64,000 bases of DNA, taken from the IMG/VR virus record IMGVR_UViG_3300050142_000050, positions 96,001 to 160,000 of that record, one strand, 5' to 3'. Positions 17,968 to 28,700 of this stretch are shown here, one piece after another. The translations under genes were made by a program, and so were the position numbers. The stretch comes from a virus (taxonomy: Duplodnaviria > Caudoviricetes). Every line of letters begins with the position of its first letter. The stretch's first letter is position 1. The notes under the pieces were generated by a model. It did not search any database. It was given only the letters and a program-made list of their open reading frames with translations, and was not told the origin of the DNA.

Positions 17968-20900
17968 ATGGATCCGTCGGATTCCACACCTTCAACGAGC
18001 ATGGACTCCGAACTCTCCCAAGTACAAGTAGGACCTAAAGTAAGGCCTGAAAAGTACACGGGCGGTCTGGCTAAGTCTCATGCTAAACCCCACGCTGACG
18101 AACCTGCTCGTTCAAAGAGTATGTCAACCATCGACCGATTGGTCCAGAATGGCATCCTCCCCAATTCCAGACAGCGCCGTGATCAGTTCGGCGCCAAGAT
18201 GGATGCGAAGGACTCCTTTAAGATCAAGACTCTGACTCGTAAGCTCGAGCGTGAGATAACGATCCGGCACAAGACTGAGATAAACGATGGACCCTCGCAT
18301 ATGCGGGTACGTCGTTTCGACATAACCTCTCAGTCGATGCGGATGATCACGGCTAATGCTACTCTGGCAACACATCAGTTCCAGAAGACGCAGATGCTGC
18401 CTTATATGCGCAAGAGCCTGGCTCTGAGCTATAAGAAGGTAGAGATCCTCCGGGCAATCAATGCCAGTATCCAGACCATGCATCGCAGTAGTCTTGAGAA
18501 GCTCGAAGCTATCAAGATGAATACAGCAATGCGCGACGCAGGTAAGGGAGGCATATTCAAGAGGCTCAAGGACTCCGTCACTGATCGAGCTCTGTTCAGA
18601 GTAGGCGACAACATCGCAGCAGCGTATCTCGATCGATACGACCAGATGTATGTCAAGCATATCTCACCACGTCTCGCTCGCTTGGAGCAACTCTTCAATC
18701 GTGATGGTGCGAAAGGTACTGTCAACGGGGTAGGTCGTACCCTCCGAGGTACCCTCAATCGTCAGCGCGGTAAACTCCGCAATGTCAGTAACTCGACAGG
18801 TGACACCCATGGTAAGTGGACCAAGCGTGCGGCTGGTCTGGGTGCACGAGTCCTCGATACTGCCGTTAAGGTAGGTCAGAAGACAAAGCTTCCTGGTTTT
18901 GTAAATACCATCGCGACTGAATCTGTCAGAGATCACACTTCGGTGTGGGGATCACTACGACCTCTACAGACGAAGTTCGACCAGAACAAAGATGACGATG
19001 ATCTACATTCCAGCAATAAGGTCGTCGACGTCCTACAGCGCACTCGCGTCGACAATGAACGATACTTCGCGAAGTCTCTTACCCACTTAGCCAATCTCGA
19101 CCGCATGGTCTCTGATATCCGCAATATGGGTAAGAGTGGTATCGGACCATCCTCAGACATGACGCCTGACTTCGACCTCGGTGGAGATAAGGGAAGACCC
19201 AGTGCTTCACCTTCACAGCCAGCACAATTTGGTCCTCCTAAGCCTGGTATGTCGGTACGTGCACGTCGTCGGTACGAGAAGGCGAAGAAAGACTTCGAAC
19301 AGCGTCAGCGTGGTACAGGTGGTGCAGCGAACATTCGTAATCGCATCCACAGCGTCAACGAGACTCTCAGAGATCGTCTTGAATCCATGCGAGCCCTTCG
19401 CGAAGAACGCAAGGCTCAAGGGAATACCAAGAAAGAAGAATCTGCTGAGGATGCAGCGGCGCGTGAGCACGCTCGTGAGTTAGCAGCTGAGAAAGCCAAG
19501 GCTCGTCGTGAGCGTGAACTCGAGAAGAAGCGCATCCGCGATGAACGTCGTGCAGCTGCTGCCGAACGCACTGCTAAGGGTAAAGCTCGCAATGACTATA
19601 TCCAGACCAGTAAGGTCTCTGAGGCAACCAAGAACCGATTCAGAAACGGTTTCACCGAGACAGGTCTCAATGCCAAGAAACCACCCAAGGCTCCACGCAA
19701 GACGATAAAGCAACGAATCGGCGGTTGGGCTGCTTCTAAGTTCGAAGGACCTGGTGACGATTATGGTCTGCTAGGTAAGGCTTGGAACCTTTCATCGAAC
19801 TTGGGTATCAATCGTGCGACAGGTAGAGGCGCTCGTAAACTCGGCCGAGGACTCTGGAAGGGCACTAAGTGGGCCGGTAAGGAACTCGTCAAGTCGCCCT
19901 GGACCGCAACGAAAGGTGCATGGCGCGCCACAAAGGTCGCCGGTAAGGTGGCCGTCAGCGCTACCAAGACCGCTTGGAGCGTCGGGAAGACTATCGCTAA
20001 GTTGGGTAAGGGGGGTGTCGGTATCGGCCTCGCTGGTGCAGGCGTCAACTATCTGTCCGATAAGTATCTGACAGGTGGAGCCAAACGTGCTGGTAAGACA
20101 CTGGGTACGGCGATGGAGTATGGCTCCATCGGTTTCATGCTTGGTGGACCTGTCGGCGCAGCAATCGGTGCCTCTGCTGGTGTCCTCATCGAGAACTTCG
20201 ATGTGGTCTCCCACTATGCCAAGAAAATCGGTATCGACTTCGCAGCGATCGGTCGAGGTATCTCCAATGCAGCGTCCTATGTCTGGGAAGGCACTAAGGG
20301 TGTTGTCAAGGGGATGTGGACCGGTCTTGTAGGTCAGGATGCAGAGTACGATTGGACTGGTCGTGTTAAGAAGCAGGAGAAGCCATCCATCGTAGGTCGC
20401 ACCATCGGATTCTTCTTCGGTAGAGATGCCAAGAAGGATCGCTTCGGTAACATCGTAGATGCGGGTCAGACATCCGTATTCGGACACATTAAGAATGGTT
20501 TCACGAAAACCTTCTTTGGTGACAAGGATAAGGATGGTACGTTCAAGCCTGGTACCTCGATTATTTCGATGATCAAGGACAAGGCAGGTTCGATCCTCGA
20601 TACATTCTCACAGGCGCTGACAGGTATCGGCAACTCGATCGCCAACTCATCGGTGGGTAAGGCAGTCCAGACTGCTTATAACACCACAGCCGGTGCAGTA
20701 CAGCAGACAGCTGGGGATATCGTCCAGGGGGTACAAGGTGCCGTCGGGGCGTTTACCGGTCTGAAGCCTGGTCAGAAGGCGACACGAGCTGACCGCAACA
20801 ATAATCCGGGTAATGTGATTGCGAATAAGTGGACTGCTACACTACCTGGTTACGTAGGTAGTGATGGTAGGTTTGCTATCTTCGCTTCTCCCGAGCATGG

Positions 20901-22143
20901 GTTTGCGGCACAGATCAAAGTCATTGAGGGATATATCCGTAAGGGTACAAATACCCCACGGAAGATCATTTACAAATACGCACCTCCTCATGAAAACGAC
21001 ACCGGTGCATATGTCAACAACGTGTGTAAGTCTCTTGGGGTCAACCCCGACGAACCGCTACCTGTCGAAAAGGTGCCGGCTATGGCAGCAGCTATGGCTA
21101 AGATCGAAGGTTGGCATGGTGGTGTGGGTAGTAAGCCATCACCCGTCCCGGCCGCCGGTACCGGAACCACAGCGACTCCAGCTAAACCGGGTGCACCAAC
21201 AGCTGCTACTCCCGGTAAACCGGGATCTACCCCGACCGCACCGAAACCGACAGGTATCGCGGCAGTAGTAGCTACCAAGGGCGTCTCCTCGGTCATGGGG
21301 TCGGCTACTCCGTCTTCGACGGGTCCTACCACTGTGACTCCTGCTGCTTTTGCAGCTCTGAAGGATAAGCAGAAGGTAGGTGCAGCCAACTCGAATAACA
21401 AACCCACAACCGCTCCGGCTCAGACACCAGCGGCTAAACCTGCGGTACCTACGCCTAAGCCGGCTACCAATGACAACCGTCCTTCGGTGGCTTCCACATC
21501 CAAGCGAGGTGACGTCACTAATGCAGTGGTACCCATCCCTGTCCACTATGGTTCGGAAGAACCTTCATATGGGTCTGGGAATACACAGCAGAAGTCGGCT
21601 AAGCCTGCGGCCAGCAATGCAGCTGTCGTACCAGTAGCTTACGAGATCCCATCGTCAGTGTCGCCCAAGAGTGGTGCTGGCGACATCGGTACTCTCGTAC
21701 GAGCCCTGTTCGATAACACAGCTGCTCTGGAACGCAATACGTCTGCACTCACTGGTGAGCCTACCACTAAGTCGAAGACCATGGTGCCTTCTAACATGCA
21801 ACCCTCCAGGGTCGCTATGAAGAGTTCCACACCAGTCGTGAAGACATCGAGTGTGATCTCACCTTCAGTGGTCAATAAGACCATTCCGACAGTAGCTACA
21901 CCTGCTCCTACGACCACACCGACACCTACTACACAGATAGCAGCGGCTACCCCAGCACCTGCATCATCTGTTATCTCGAAACCTGTCACCCCAGCAGCGA
22001 CTCCCGTCTCTGCACCAGCGCCCACACCTGCACCTGTAGCTCCATCTGGTCCCCAGATGGCATTCGCCCCACCGGTACCTAGTGCGAGTAGTGGGAACTT
22101 CCCATCGCTTAAACGAGCCGGTAGTCGATCAGGTATGGCTTAA
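17968..22143 (+). CDS. Tape-measure-like tail protein with a putative lysozyme-like NNPGN domain (phiKZ gp181 position)
   Basis: 1391 aa; helical and roughly 11-residue repeats (KGLWKGTKWAGKELVKSPWTATKGAW), domain RNNNPGNV...FAIFASPEHG...KYAPPHENDT..Y, and a Pro/Ala/Thr-rich tail. Confidence 0.7.
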   Translation: MDPSDSTPSTSMDSELSQVQVGPKVRPEKYTGGLAKSHAKPHADEPARSKSMSTIDRLVQNGILPNSRQRRDQFGAKMDAKDSFKIKTLTRKLEREITIRHKTEINDGPSHMRVRRFDITSQSMRMITANATLATHQFQKTQMLPYMRKSLALSYKKVEILRAINASIQTMHRSSLEKLEAIKMNTAMRDAGKGGIFKRLKDSVTDRALFRVGDNIAAAYLDRYDQMYVKHISPRLARLEQLFNRDGAKGTVNGVGRTLRGTLNRQRGKLRNVSNSTGDTHGKWTKRAAGLGARVLDTAVKVGQKTKLPGFVNTIATESVRDHTSVWGSLRPLQTKFDQNKDDDDLHSSNKVVDVLQRTRVDNERYFAKSLTHLANLDRMVSDIRNMGKSGIGPSSDMTPDFDLGGDKGRPSASPSQPAQFGPPKPGMSVRARRRYEKAKKDFEQRQRGTGGAANIRNRIHSVNETLRDRLESMRALREERKAQGNTKKEESAEDAAAREHARELAAEKAKARRERELEKKRIRDERRAAAAERTAKGKARNDYIQTSKVSEATKNRFRNGFTETGLNAKKPPKAPRKTIKQRIGGWAASKFEGPGDDYGLLGKAWNLSSNLGINRATGRGARKLGRGLWKGTKWAGKELVKSPWTATKGAWRATKVAGKVAVSATKTAWSVGKTIAKLGKGGVGIGLAGAGVNYLSDKYLTGGAKRAGKTLGTAMEYGSIGFMLGGPVGAAIGASAGVLIENFDVVSHYAKKIGIDFAAIGRGISNAASYVWEGTKGVVKGMWTGLVGQDAEYDWTGRVKKQEKPSIVGRTIGFFFGRDAKKDRFGNIVDAGQTSVFGHIKNGFTKTFFGDKDKDGTFKPGTSIISMIKDKAGSILDTFSQALTGIGNSIANSSVGKAVQTAYNTTAGAVQQTAGDIVQGVQGAVGAFTGLKPGQKATRADRNNNPGNVIANKWTATLPGYVGSDGRFAIFASPEHGFAAQIKVIEGYIRKGTNTPRKIIYKYAPPHENDTGAYVNNVCKSLGVNPDEPLPVEKVPAMAAAMAKIEGWHGGVGSKPSPVPAAGTGTTATPAKPGAPTAATPGKPGSTPTAPKPTGIAAVVATKGVSSVMGSATPSSTGPTTVTPAAFAALKDKQKVGAANSNNKPTTAPAQTPAAKPAVPTPKPATNDNRPSVASTSKRGDVTNAVVPIPVHYGSEEPSYGSGNTQQKSAKPAASNAAVVPVAYEIPSSVSPKSGAGDIGTLVRALFDNTAALERNTSALTGEPTTKSKTMVPSNMQPSRVAMKSSTPVVKTSSVISPSVVNKTIPTVATPAPTTTPTPTTQIAAATPAPASSVISKPVTPAATPVSAPAPTPAPVAPSGPQMAFAPPVPSASSGNFPSLKRAGSRSGMA

Positions 22144-22158
22144 TACGGAGAATGAGTA

Positions 22159-24150
22159 ATGTCATCGGGAGTCAATGAAAGGGTACCAGATACAGCTTCC
22201 TGGGTCAAAGGGTGCTTTACCTTGAAGGTGGGTACCACCTTTGAAACCTACAAAGCTATGCTCGAATACTCAGAGTCCGATGAATCCTTCGGCGGGAATA
22301 TCACAAAGCCCGCCTTGGATCCAGCAGCTAAGACTATTCTGAATGAATTTTCAAAAGCTGACATGTCGGTTAGCCCTGTCCCCATCTACTACTCTAGGAA
22401 GAAGTGTCGTGATACTTCTCTTGGCGGTAACGATGCCATCAATCCCTTACCTCAGTTTGGGTATGATGATGACATCTCCTTCCCGATGTACAATGCGTAT
22501 GTCGGGGGTAATGTCGCTATGGGACAGGTCTATTCTGAAGTCTATGACGACAACCAGCAGATCCTGTATCTCAACATGGGTACCCCTGCCTTCAATGACA
22601 TGGGTGCATTCTGGGGTACAGCCGCTGACATGAAAGTGGTGGACTTCGTCAATAAGGGTAGCGGGATCACCGCCGAGAAGATCGGGTATCTGGTGGGTTC
22701 CGCTCCCTTGCGGCTCTGGAAGATCGCTACGATCCCTAAGCAGCTCATCGCTATGATGATGAACACCCTCGAGTATGTTCCGATCACGAAGTATTACGCA
22801 TTTGAATCTCAGATGCCGATGTATTTCCGATTCGTGAACCACATCCTAGTGATGCTCGCAGTGAACCTTGGGTTCATGGCCACAGACCCCGAATCCAACA
22901 CCACTGGTTCTACTACCACAAACACATCCGCGATCGACATCGAGAAGAATGGTTCCAAGGGAACAGACCTGCAAGGTCTAGGATATATCTTCACAGATCG
23001 CGGGCTGGACATCGCCAAGATCATCACTAAGCGATTCATGTTCGAGCACGGCTACCAACATCAGGTCGGTAAACGAAACACCGACGAGGCGTTGTTCGCT
23101 AAGCATAAGCCAGATGATGGTTCGGGTACATCAGCTGCACCTACATCTGATCCCACCACCGGTGCTACCACTACGGAGAACAGTAGTTCGACTGCCCGTA
23201 CTTGGAAGTCAGGTTGGGTGAACGCTTTCTTCGCTGCTTATGGAGCTACCTTCTACGACGGGCATTTGTTCATCGGATTCCGAGTGGACAAGATCGGTTC
23301 AGTTACCGAATCCTTCTCTAACTCGACAGGTGAGTCCAAGATTGCAGAGTTGGCCAATGCTAAGTTTGCAGAAGCCAATGCAGCATCATATTCAATGATG
23401 CAAGGTAACGTCGGTGACGGTATTCTCGCATCGGCGGTAGAAGGTGTATACTCAGCAGCAGCTGGTCTCATCAAGGGTGCCACCGAAACACTCAAGCTCG
23501 ATATGCTCGGTGCAGCTGCTACTGGTGCGTCCAAGATCGATATCCCTGAAGTATGGACGAGCAGTACCTTCTCTCGTTCCCAATCATTCCACGTGACGCT
23601 CATGTCTCCTTATGGCGACATCGAATCGATCTATCAATCAGAGCTGGTACCTTTAGCATGCGCTCTTGCAGCAGCACTACCTCGTGGTACTGGCGAGAGC
23701 TCACACTCGGCTCCTTTCATCTGCCAGGCCTACTGTCGTGGTGTGTTCTCATCTCCTGCATGTATCATCGAGAGTCTGGAAGTATCACGAGGTGCCGATC
23801 AGTTCGGATATAACTTCATGCGTCTTCCTCTGGAGATGAGCCTCTCGTTCACGATCAAGGATCTATCACCTACCATGAGTCTCAACCTCGGTGGTGACAC
23901 AGGCTTTGGTGAACAGATCTTCGGATCGGATGATGCCTTCCAGGAATACATGTGCACACTCTCGGCTATGAGTCTGCGAGCACGACTTGCACCATTCAAA
24001 CAGCTGGCTCGAAAGGCCACTATTTTCTGGACGAGCCTACGTCGCAATAAGCTCAGTCCCTATCTCATGGGTATGGATCGGGGTACCGATCTACCAGCTC
24101 GTGTGATCTCGTCTTTCTTCTCTGGTGGTAAGGGCCTCCAGAACAACTAA
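22159..24150 (+). CDS. Virion tail/baseplate structural protein (phiKZ gp182-like)
   Basis: Follows the tape-measure-like gene; segments YSEVYDDNQQILYLNMG and IPEVWTSSTFSRS...LMSPYGD...AALPR recall this phiKZ-like family. Confidence 0.6.
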   Translation: MSSGVNERVPDTASWVKGCFTLKVGTTFETYKAMLEYSESDESFGGNITKPALDPAAKTILNEFSKADMSVSPVPIYYSRKKCRDTSLGGNDAINPLPQFGYDDDISFPMYNAYVGGNVAMGQVYSEVYDDNQQILYLNMGTPAFNDMGAFWGTAADMKVVDFVNKGSGITAEKIGYLVGSAPLRLWKIATIPKQLIAMMMNTLEYVPITKYYAFESQMPMYFRFVNHILVMLAVNLGFMATDPESNTTGSTTTNTSAIDIEKNGSKGTDLQGLGYIFTDRGLDIAKIITKRFMFEHGYQHQVGKRNTDEALFAKHKPDDGSGTSAAPTSDPTTGATTTENSSSTARTWKSGWVNAFFAAYGATFYDGHLFIGFRVDKIGSVTESFSNSTGESKIAELANAKFAEANAASYSMMQGNVGDGILASAVEGVYSAAAGLIKGATETLKLDMLGAAATGASKIDIPEVWTSSTFSRSQSFHVTLMSPYGDIESIYQSELVPLACALAAALPRGTGESSHSAPFICQAYCRGVFSSPACIIESLEVSRGADQFGYNFMRLPLEMSLSFTIKDLSPTMSLNLGGDTGFGEQIFGSDDAFQEYMCTLSAMSLRARLAPFKQLARKATIFWTSLRRNKLSPYLMGMDRGTDLPARVISSFFSGGKGLQNN

Positions 24151-24194
24151 TCGCCTCGATTTTGATATTATGACAGGCTAAAAGGAACCGTGCT

Positions 24195-25706
24195 ATGGTA
24201 GATAAATTGACGGCGAGTGTTTACAGCGCTTACGCCAAATTCTTCATCGAAGGCTACGCCAAGCGTATGCTGATCGACACCAACTTCGCGGATGGAACAA
24301 ACGCAGCTTATCTGGCGACCTATGTCTCCAACCGTCTGCGCAACATGATCGGTGAAGGCGTGGATGTCACCCATCCCAATACCTTCTCGCTGTTCATCTC
24401 GGAGTGTGTCGATCTAGCCATCCGTTCGGGTCGTGAGAACCCTGAGTCTTATGACGTGTGGGACTGGGTCTCTGAACTCGATTCACCTCACCACGATGAG
24501 ATCCTTTCGGCTATGAACCAGGAAGTCCAGAACTTCTCTGATGCAATCCGTCTGATCATCGGCGGCAACGTCGCATCGGACGTGAAGCAGACTCTGGAGC
24601 TGATCGAACTCTCGGTCAAGAACCGTGTCAACTACGACACCATGGGTGTCACAGTCGAGGACTTCACCTGGGGTGTCCTGGCCGATGGTCGCTGGGTCAA
24701 CAACGCGATCACGATTGCACAACTCCAGTGGAACATCTTCCACGACAATCGTCCTGTGACCGCCTATTACGCAGAGATCATCAAGGTCCGTATCCGTGAA
24801 CGTCTCAACTTCGCCACGGACACTGACTTCACGAGTCACCTCGATGAAGACGGTATGGCGGCGGCTACGGTCGCTGACTTGTATCGTGCATCGTCTGCCT
24901 GGATCGAAGGTTATGATGACATCACGCGTGTGGCTGCATCTGTCCAGAAGGCATCTCAGTTCATCACCAGCTATGACAGCATCTGCGAGAAGGTCCGTAC
25001 ATCGGAGTTCATCGAAGAAGAGCAGATCGAAGAGCTCCTGGAACGCCTCGCTCATGTGAAGCTTCTGGCGACTATGGCTCTGGTCGGCTACGAAGCACTC
25101 CGTCAGACGCTGTATCGCGACAGCCTCATCCTGAACCTCAAAAAGGATGAGAGCGGCGATATCAATGTATGTGTGAACGCCGATCTCATGCGTCAGTACA
25201 CCTCCAACGGTGGTGACGAACAGGAGCTCGCTCGCTTCGCTACTTGGTTGACTCGTCGTGAGTCTGTCTTCCCTCGTGATGGTTTCACCCTCACTTGGGT
25301 CGAGTCTGTCCGTGACAATGTCAACAGTGACATCTACGAACAGTCTGAGCATCGCACTGCGGAACTCGATCTCCAGGTACAGTCTGAGACTCTCGCTCAG
25401 TTCCGTGAACATGCTGGTGGTCTGATCCTCTCCTATCTCGAAGATGGGTCGCTCACTGAACTCCCGGTGGAATATGCAAATGCCATCGGCGATGTGGCCG
25501 GCTCGATCTCGAGTGAGACTGGGTCCAGTGCGTATGACGGTCTGATGACGCTCGTCATCAAGGCTCTCAACAACGAGTTCATCTCGTCCATCTACGAGAG
25601 CTTCCGCGGTCACGCCTCTGCGGAGGATGAAACCGAGAAGGCAAATGCACTCGCTCTGGCTGTGGCCGACGTGGCAATCAACGACGCGTTGGTTTACTTC
25701 CAATAA
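24195..25706 (+). CDS. Hypothetical, probably virion protein (503 aa, acidic, helical)
   Basis: AAGGA ribosome-binding site, TATG upstream, strongly biased codons. Confidence 0.75.
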   Translation: MVDKLTASVYSAYAKFFIEGYAKRMLIDTNFADGTNAAYLATYVSNRLRNMIGEGVDVTHPNTFSLFISECVDLAIRSGRENPESYDVWDWVSELDSPHHDEILSAMNQEVQNFSDAIRLIIGGNVASDVKQTLELIELSVKNRVNYDTMGVTVEDFTWGVLADGRWVNNAITIAQLQWNIFHDNRPVTAYYAEIIKVRIRERLNFATDTDFTSHLDEDGMAAATVADLYRASSAWIEGYDDITRVAASVQKASQFITSYDSICEKVRTSEFIEEEQIEELLERLAHVKLLATMALVGYEALRQTLYRDSLILNLKKDESGDINVCVNADLMRQYTSNGGDEQELARFATWLTRRESVFPRDGFTLTWVESVRDNVNSDIYEQSEHRTAELDLQVQSETLAQFREHAGGLILSYLEDGSLTELPVEYANAIGDVAGSISSETGSSAYDGLMTLVIKALNNEFISSIYESFRGHASAEDETEKANALALAVADVAINDALVYFQ

Positions 25707-25712
25707 GAGATG

Positions 25713-25740
25713 GTGGGATGGGGCTTACGCCCCATCCCAC
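25713..25740. terminator. Bidirectional hairpin between convergent genes
   Basis: gtgggatggggc-ttac-gccccatcccac. Confidence 0.7.
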
Positions 25741-25745
25741 TACCT

Positions 25746-28700
25746 TTATGGCTTCTGTATGAAAGTGATCGTGATATCGGGGACACGATCGATCGTACCA
25801 TCATCGAGGAGCTTGAGCACCTGACCCACACTCGTGCCGGTACCCTTCTCATTGAGAGCCAAGAACCGAAGTGACGGATCATTGTTGATACCACCCATTT
25901 CCACTCGGGTAGAATCATCACTGACTGCATCATCGATAGCTTTTCCGATACGTTGGATATCGATATAGTCATCATCGACCGCGTCGTTGATCGTTGTGAT
26001 GATCGTCTGCTCCATGAGATCACGAGCATCTTCGTTGTTGTAAGTCGACTCGTCGACATAGAGTGTCACGGAGAAACCGACTGTGAGAGGGAGAGTCAGA
26101 TACTGACTATTACCCTTAGCGAAGGAGGAATACCCCATGGTCCGATAGGGACGATAAAAGGTACTGCATACCTCACGCATGTTCTCATCGATCGTAGCGA
26201 TCTGATCAGCATGTGTCGAGATGGTATCATGGATCGAACTTACCAGAGCTGTATCCTCAGGACTCTCCGAGGCAAAGATCCTACCATCGAACAAGATCGC
26301 TGGGATGCGATACTTGTTGCGAGCATAAGACTCGATCAGAGCCTTACCGTCCACACCCAGGAGGACATCTCCCTTAGCGATCTTGATCACGCCATGTGCA
26401 GTCGCATTCACGAATGTGATCAATCGACCAGCGGGGAGTACCGCCTTTGGATCGGCCGATACTGTCACTGAAGAACCCGTAACTGAGACCACGGTGGTAC
26501 CTCGATTGAAATCGATACAGTGAGCAGTCATACCAGGATAGATCCCAGTGGTATGAGCCATCGGGATGGTACGACTGATTGCTGACTGTACCGCACTGGT
26601 GCGCACCATGACCTGACTGTTGGATCCAGTGATGACACTTCCCGCAGGGATAGCCGCAGTGATCACTTTGTTGATCGTGATCAAATTACCATTCTTGGTC
26701 TGTACCGTCGCGTTGGTAGGGATGTTGAGCCCACGTACTGGCATACCGATCAGGAAGCCAGTGGCATCTACCACTTCGATGACTGTCGTAGTACCCGAAC
26801 TGGGTACGGCGATATTGCGGGCAGTCTTGGTGACGATGTCACCGGTGTCAGGCGGAGTGTCACCTGCCTCATACATCAGACAGACCTTGAGTGATCCATA
26901 TCCCAGAGGATCTGAATCTGTATAGATGATACCACTCTCATCGTACTGATAGATAGGAGCGGTAGCCTTGTGGTAGACATTCTCAGTCGCAGTCTGATAG
27001 ACATCACTACCCCATGTCACATTGACACCAGTGTAGAGCTGATCAGTCAGATCCTTACCGAATTCCATCATGACGGTCTGATAGCACATCGCAGTCGACG
27101 GAGTCTTCAGTGTGGTGGGGAGAAGCGCATTGAGTGTCGCGTCCTTAGGGATTGTCGAATCATACGAGGTCTTGAAACTGTAGATCAACTTGAACTCTTG
27201 ATTCATGTTGATGACGGCTGACGACTCGGTATCGTTCTCATCGTACATCACCAAAATGATGGTGTTCTCCGAGGTGATGCGATAGTTCGTTCCCAGGATG
27301 GCCTGCCATACATCATCACCATCAGTGGACGAGGCACAGGTCAGTGGGAGATAGTACTTCTCTCCCTTAGTGTCGATCACTGTCAGGACGACTGAGAGCA
27401 GAGAAGCATCCAAGTCCACGATGTTAGCCGAACGCTCCACATGGAGGTTGAGTAGGAAGCCACCTGTACCATTCGCACGATGCACCAGAGCACCTGCGAT
27501 AGCCGACATCTGAGGAGCAGAATGAGCATTCTCATCCTTGAACACCAGATTGGTGAAGGTAGGTGACATCATGTGGTAAATCTTCGCAGTAGGGCTGCGA
27601 GGGTCTTCCTGGAGCACGATGTGGAAGGGCTGACGTACGTAGTTGCCTTTGTTGAGCTCATCCACGATCTCCTGCTTGGACATCGTCTTGAAGTTGTTAG
27701 CTTCGGCAGTGGTGAGAGGCGTACAAACAGTCGACTCACCAGGGAGCTTATACACTGTCGTGGGGAGGATGGTGTGATAACCATCATCGAAGTTAATGAT
27801 CGTCTCAGGATCACCATCGAGCGTGTCAGCATCCAGGAGGATGCTACCACTCAAGGTAGGGATGATCATATCACTCGAGTCGCGCAGCGTCTTCCACACG
27901 AAGTAGAGACGATCGGTGACATTGTCAGCCTCACGCGTGATAGCCTCGAAACCAGCAGCGATAGCCTTCTGTTCGAGTTGAGCCATGGTGATAGCCACCG
28001 CATCGCTGAGTCGATTATTGACGACAGCATCACGCAGTTCTGCATAAGTCATCGGATCACTGCCTCCTGAGATAACCTCAGATACGGGCAATAGGCCCCA
28101 AGACGGCATCTTCTCCATAGGAGCTGAATAGACCGAGTCAGATGTCACCCAATGCGCAGCGATCGACTGGAGGTCGGTCATATTGACAGAATAGTTGATA
28201 GCACCCTTGGTCGTATAGATCATGACCTTGATCGAGTTGCGCAGCAACCCTGTGGTGAAATAGACCAGAGGGATCTTGATTCCGATCTGATTGTTATCAG
28301 GATCCAACGAGATGATCGCTGTGGGTACAGTTCGATCATAGTTCATCGTGGACAGCGAGATGGTCATCTCCGACCAGAGTCCGCTATCCAAGCGGTGCAT
28401 CACTCGGATCGCATAGAACTTGTCAGTGTAGGTCAGAGTCTTTGCAAAGCCCTGATTGGAGCTTGCATTGAACGTCTGCACATCCATCGCATATTGAAAC
28501 ATGTTGAAGCTGATGAGGAACCACTCAATACCGTCCTTCACCTCGGTGTAGGACCGCAATAGAGCATTGGACTCCAGTGTATAGAGAGGATGTGTATCAT
28601 CCAATCGATAGGTCGCGCTGAGCGCATCTGTGTTCCGATTGATCAGGAACTGGATCGGGTAGTAGGTAGCAAACCGAGTGCCAGACATCTCGATATACGA

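Noticed and set aside
24483-25703. 406-aa antisense ORF (likewise 30423-31388, 31681-32694, 36464-37354, 44423-45535, 52334-53008)
   Set aside because: Each lies opposite a better gene with a ribosome-binding site and operon context. The sense strand rarely uses TTA, CTA or TCA codons, which removes antisense stops; the products have no motifs.
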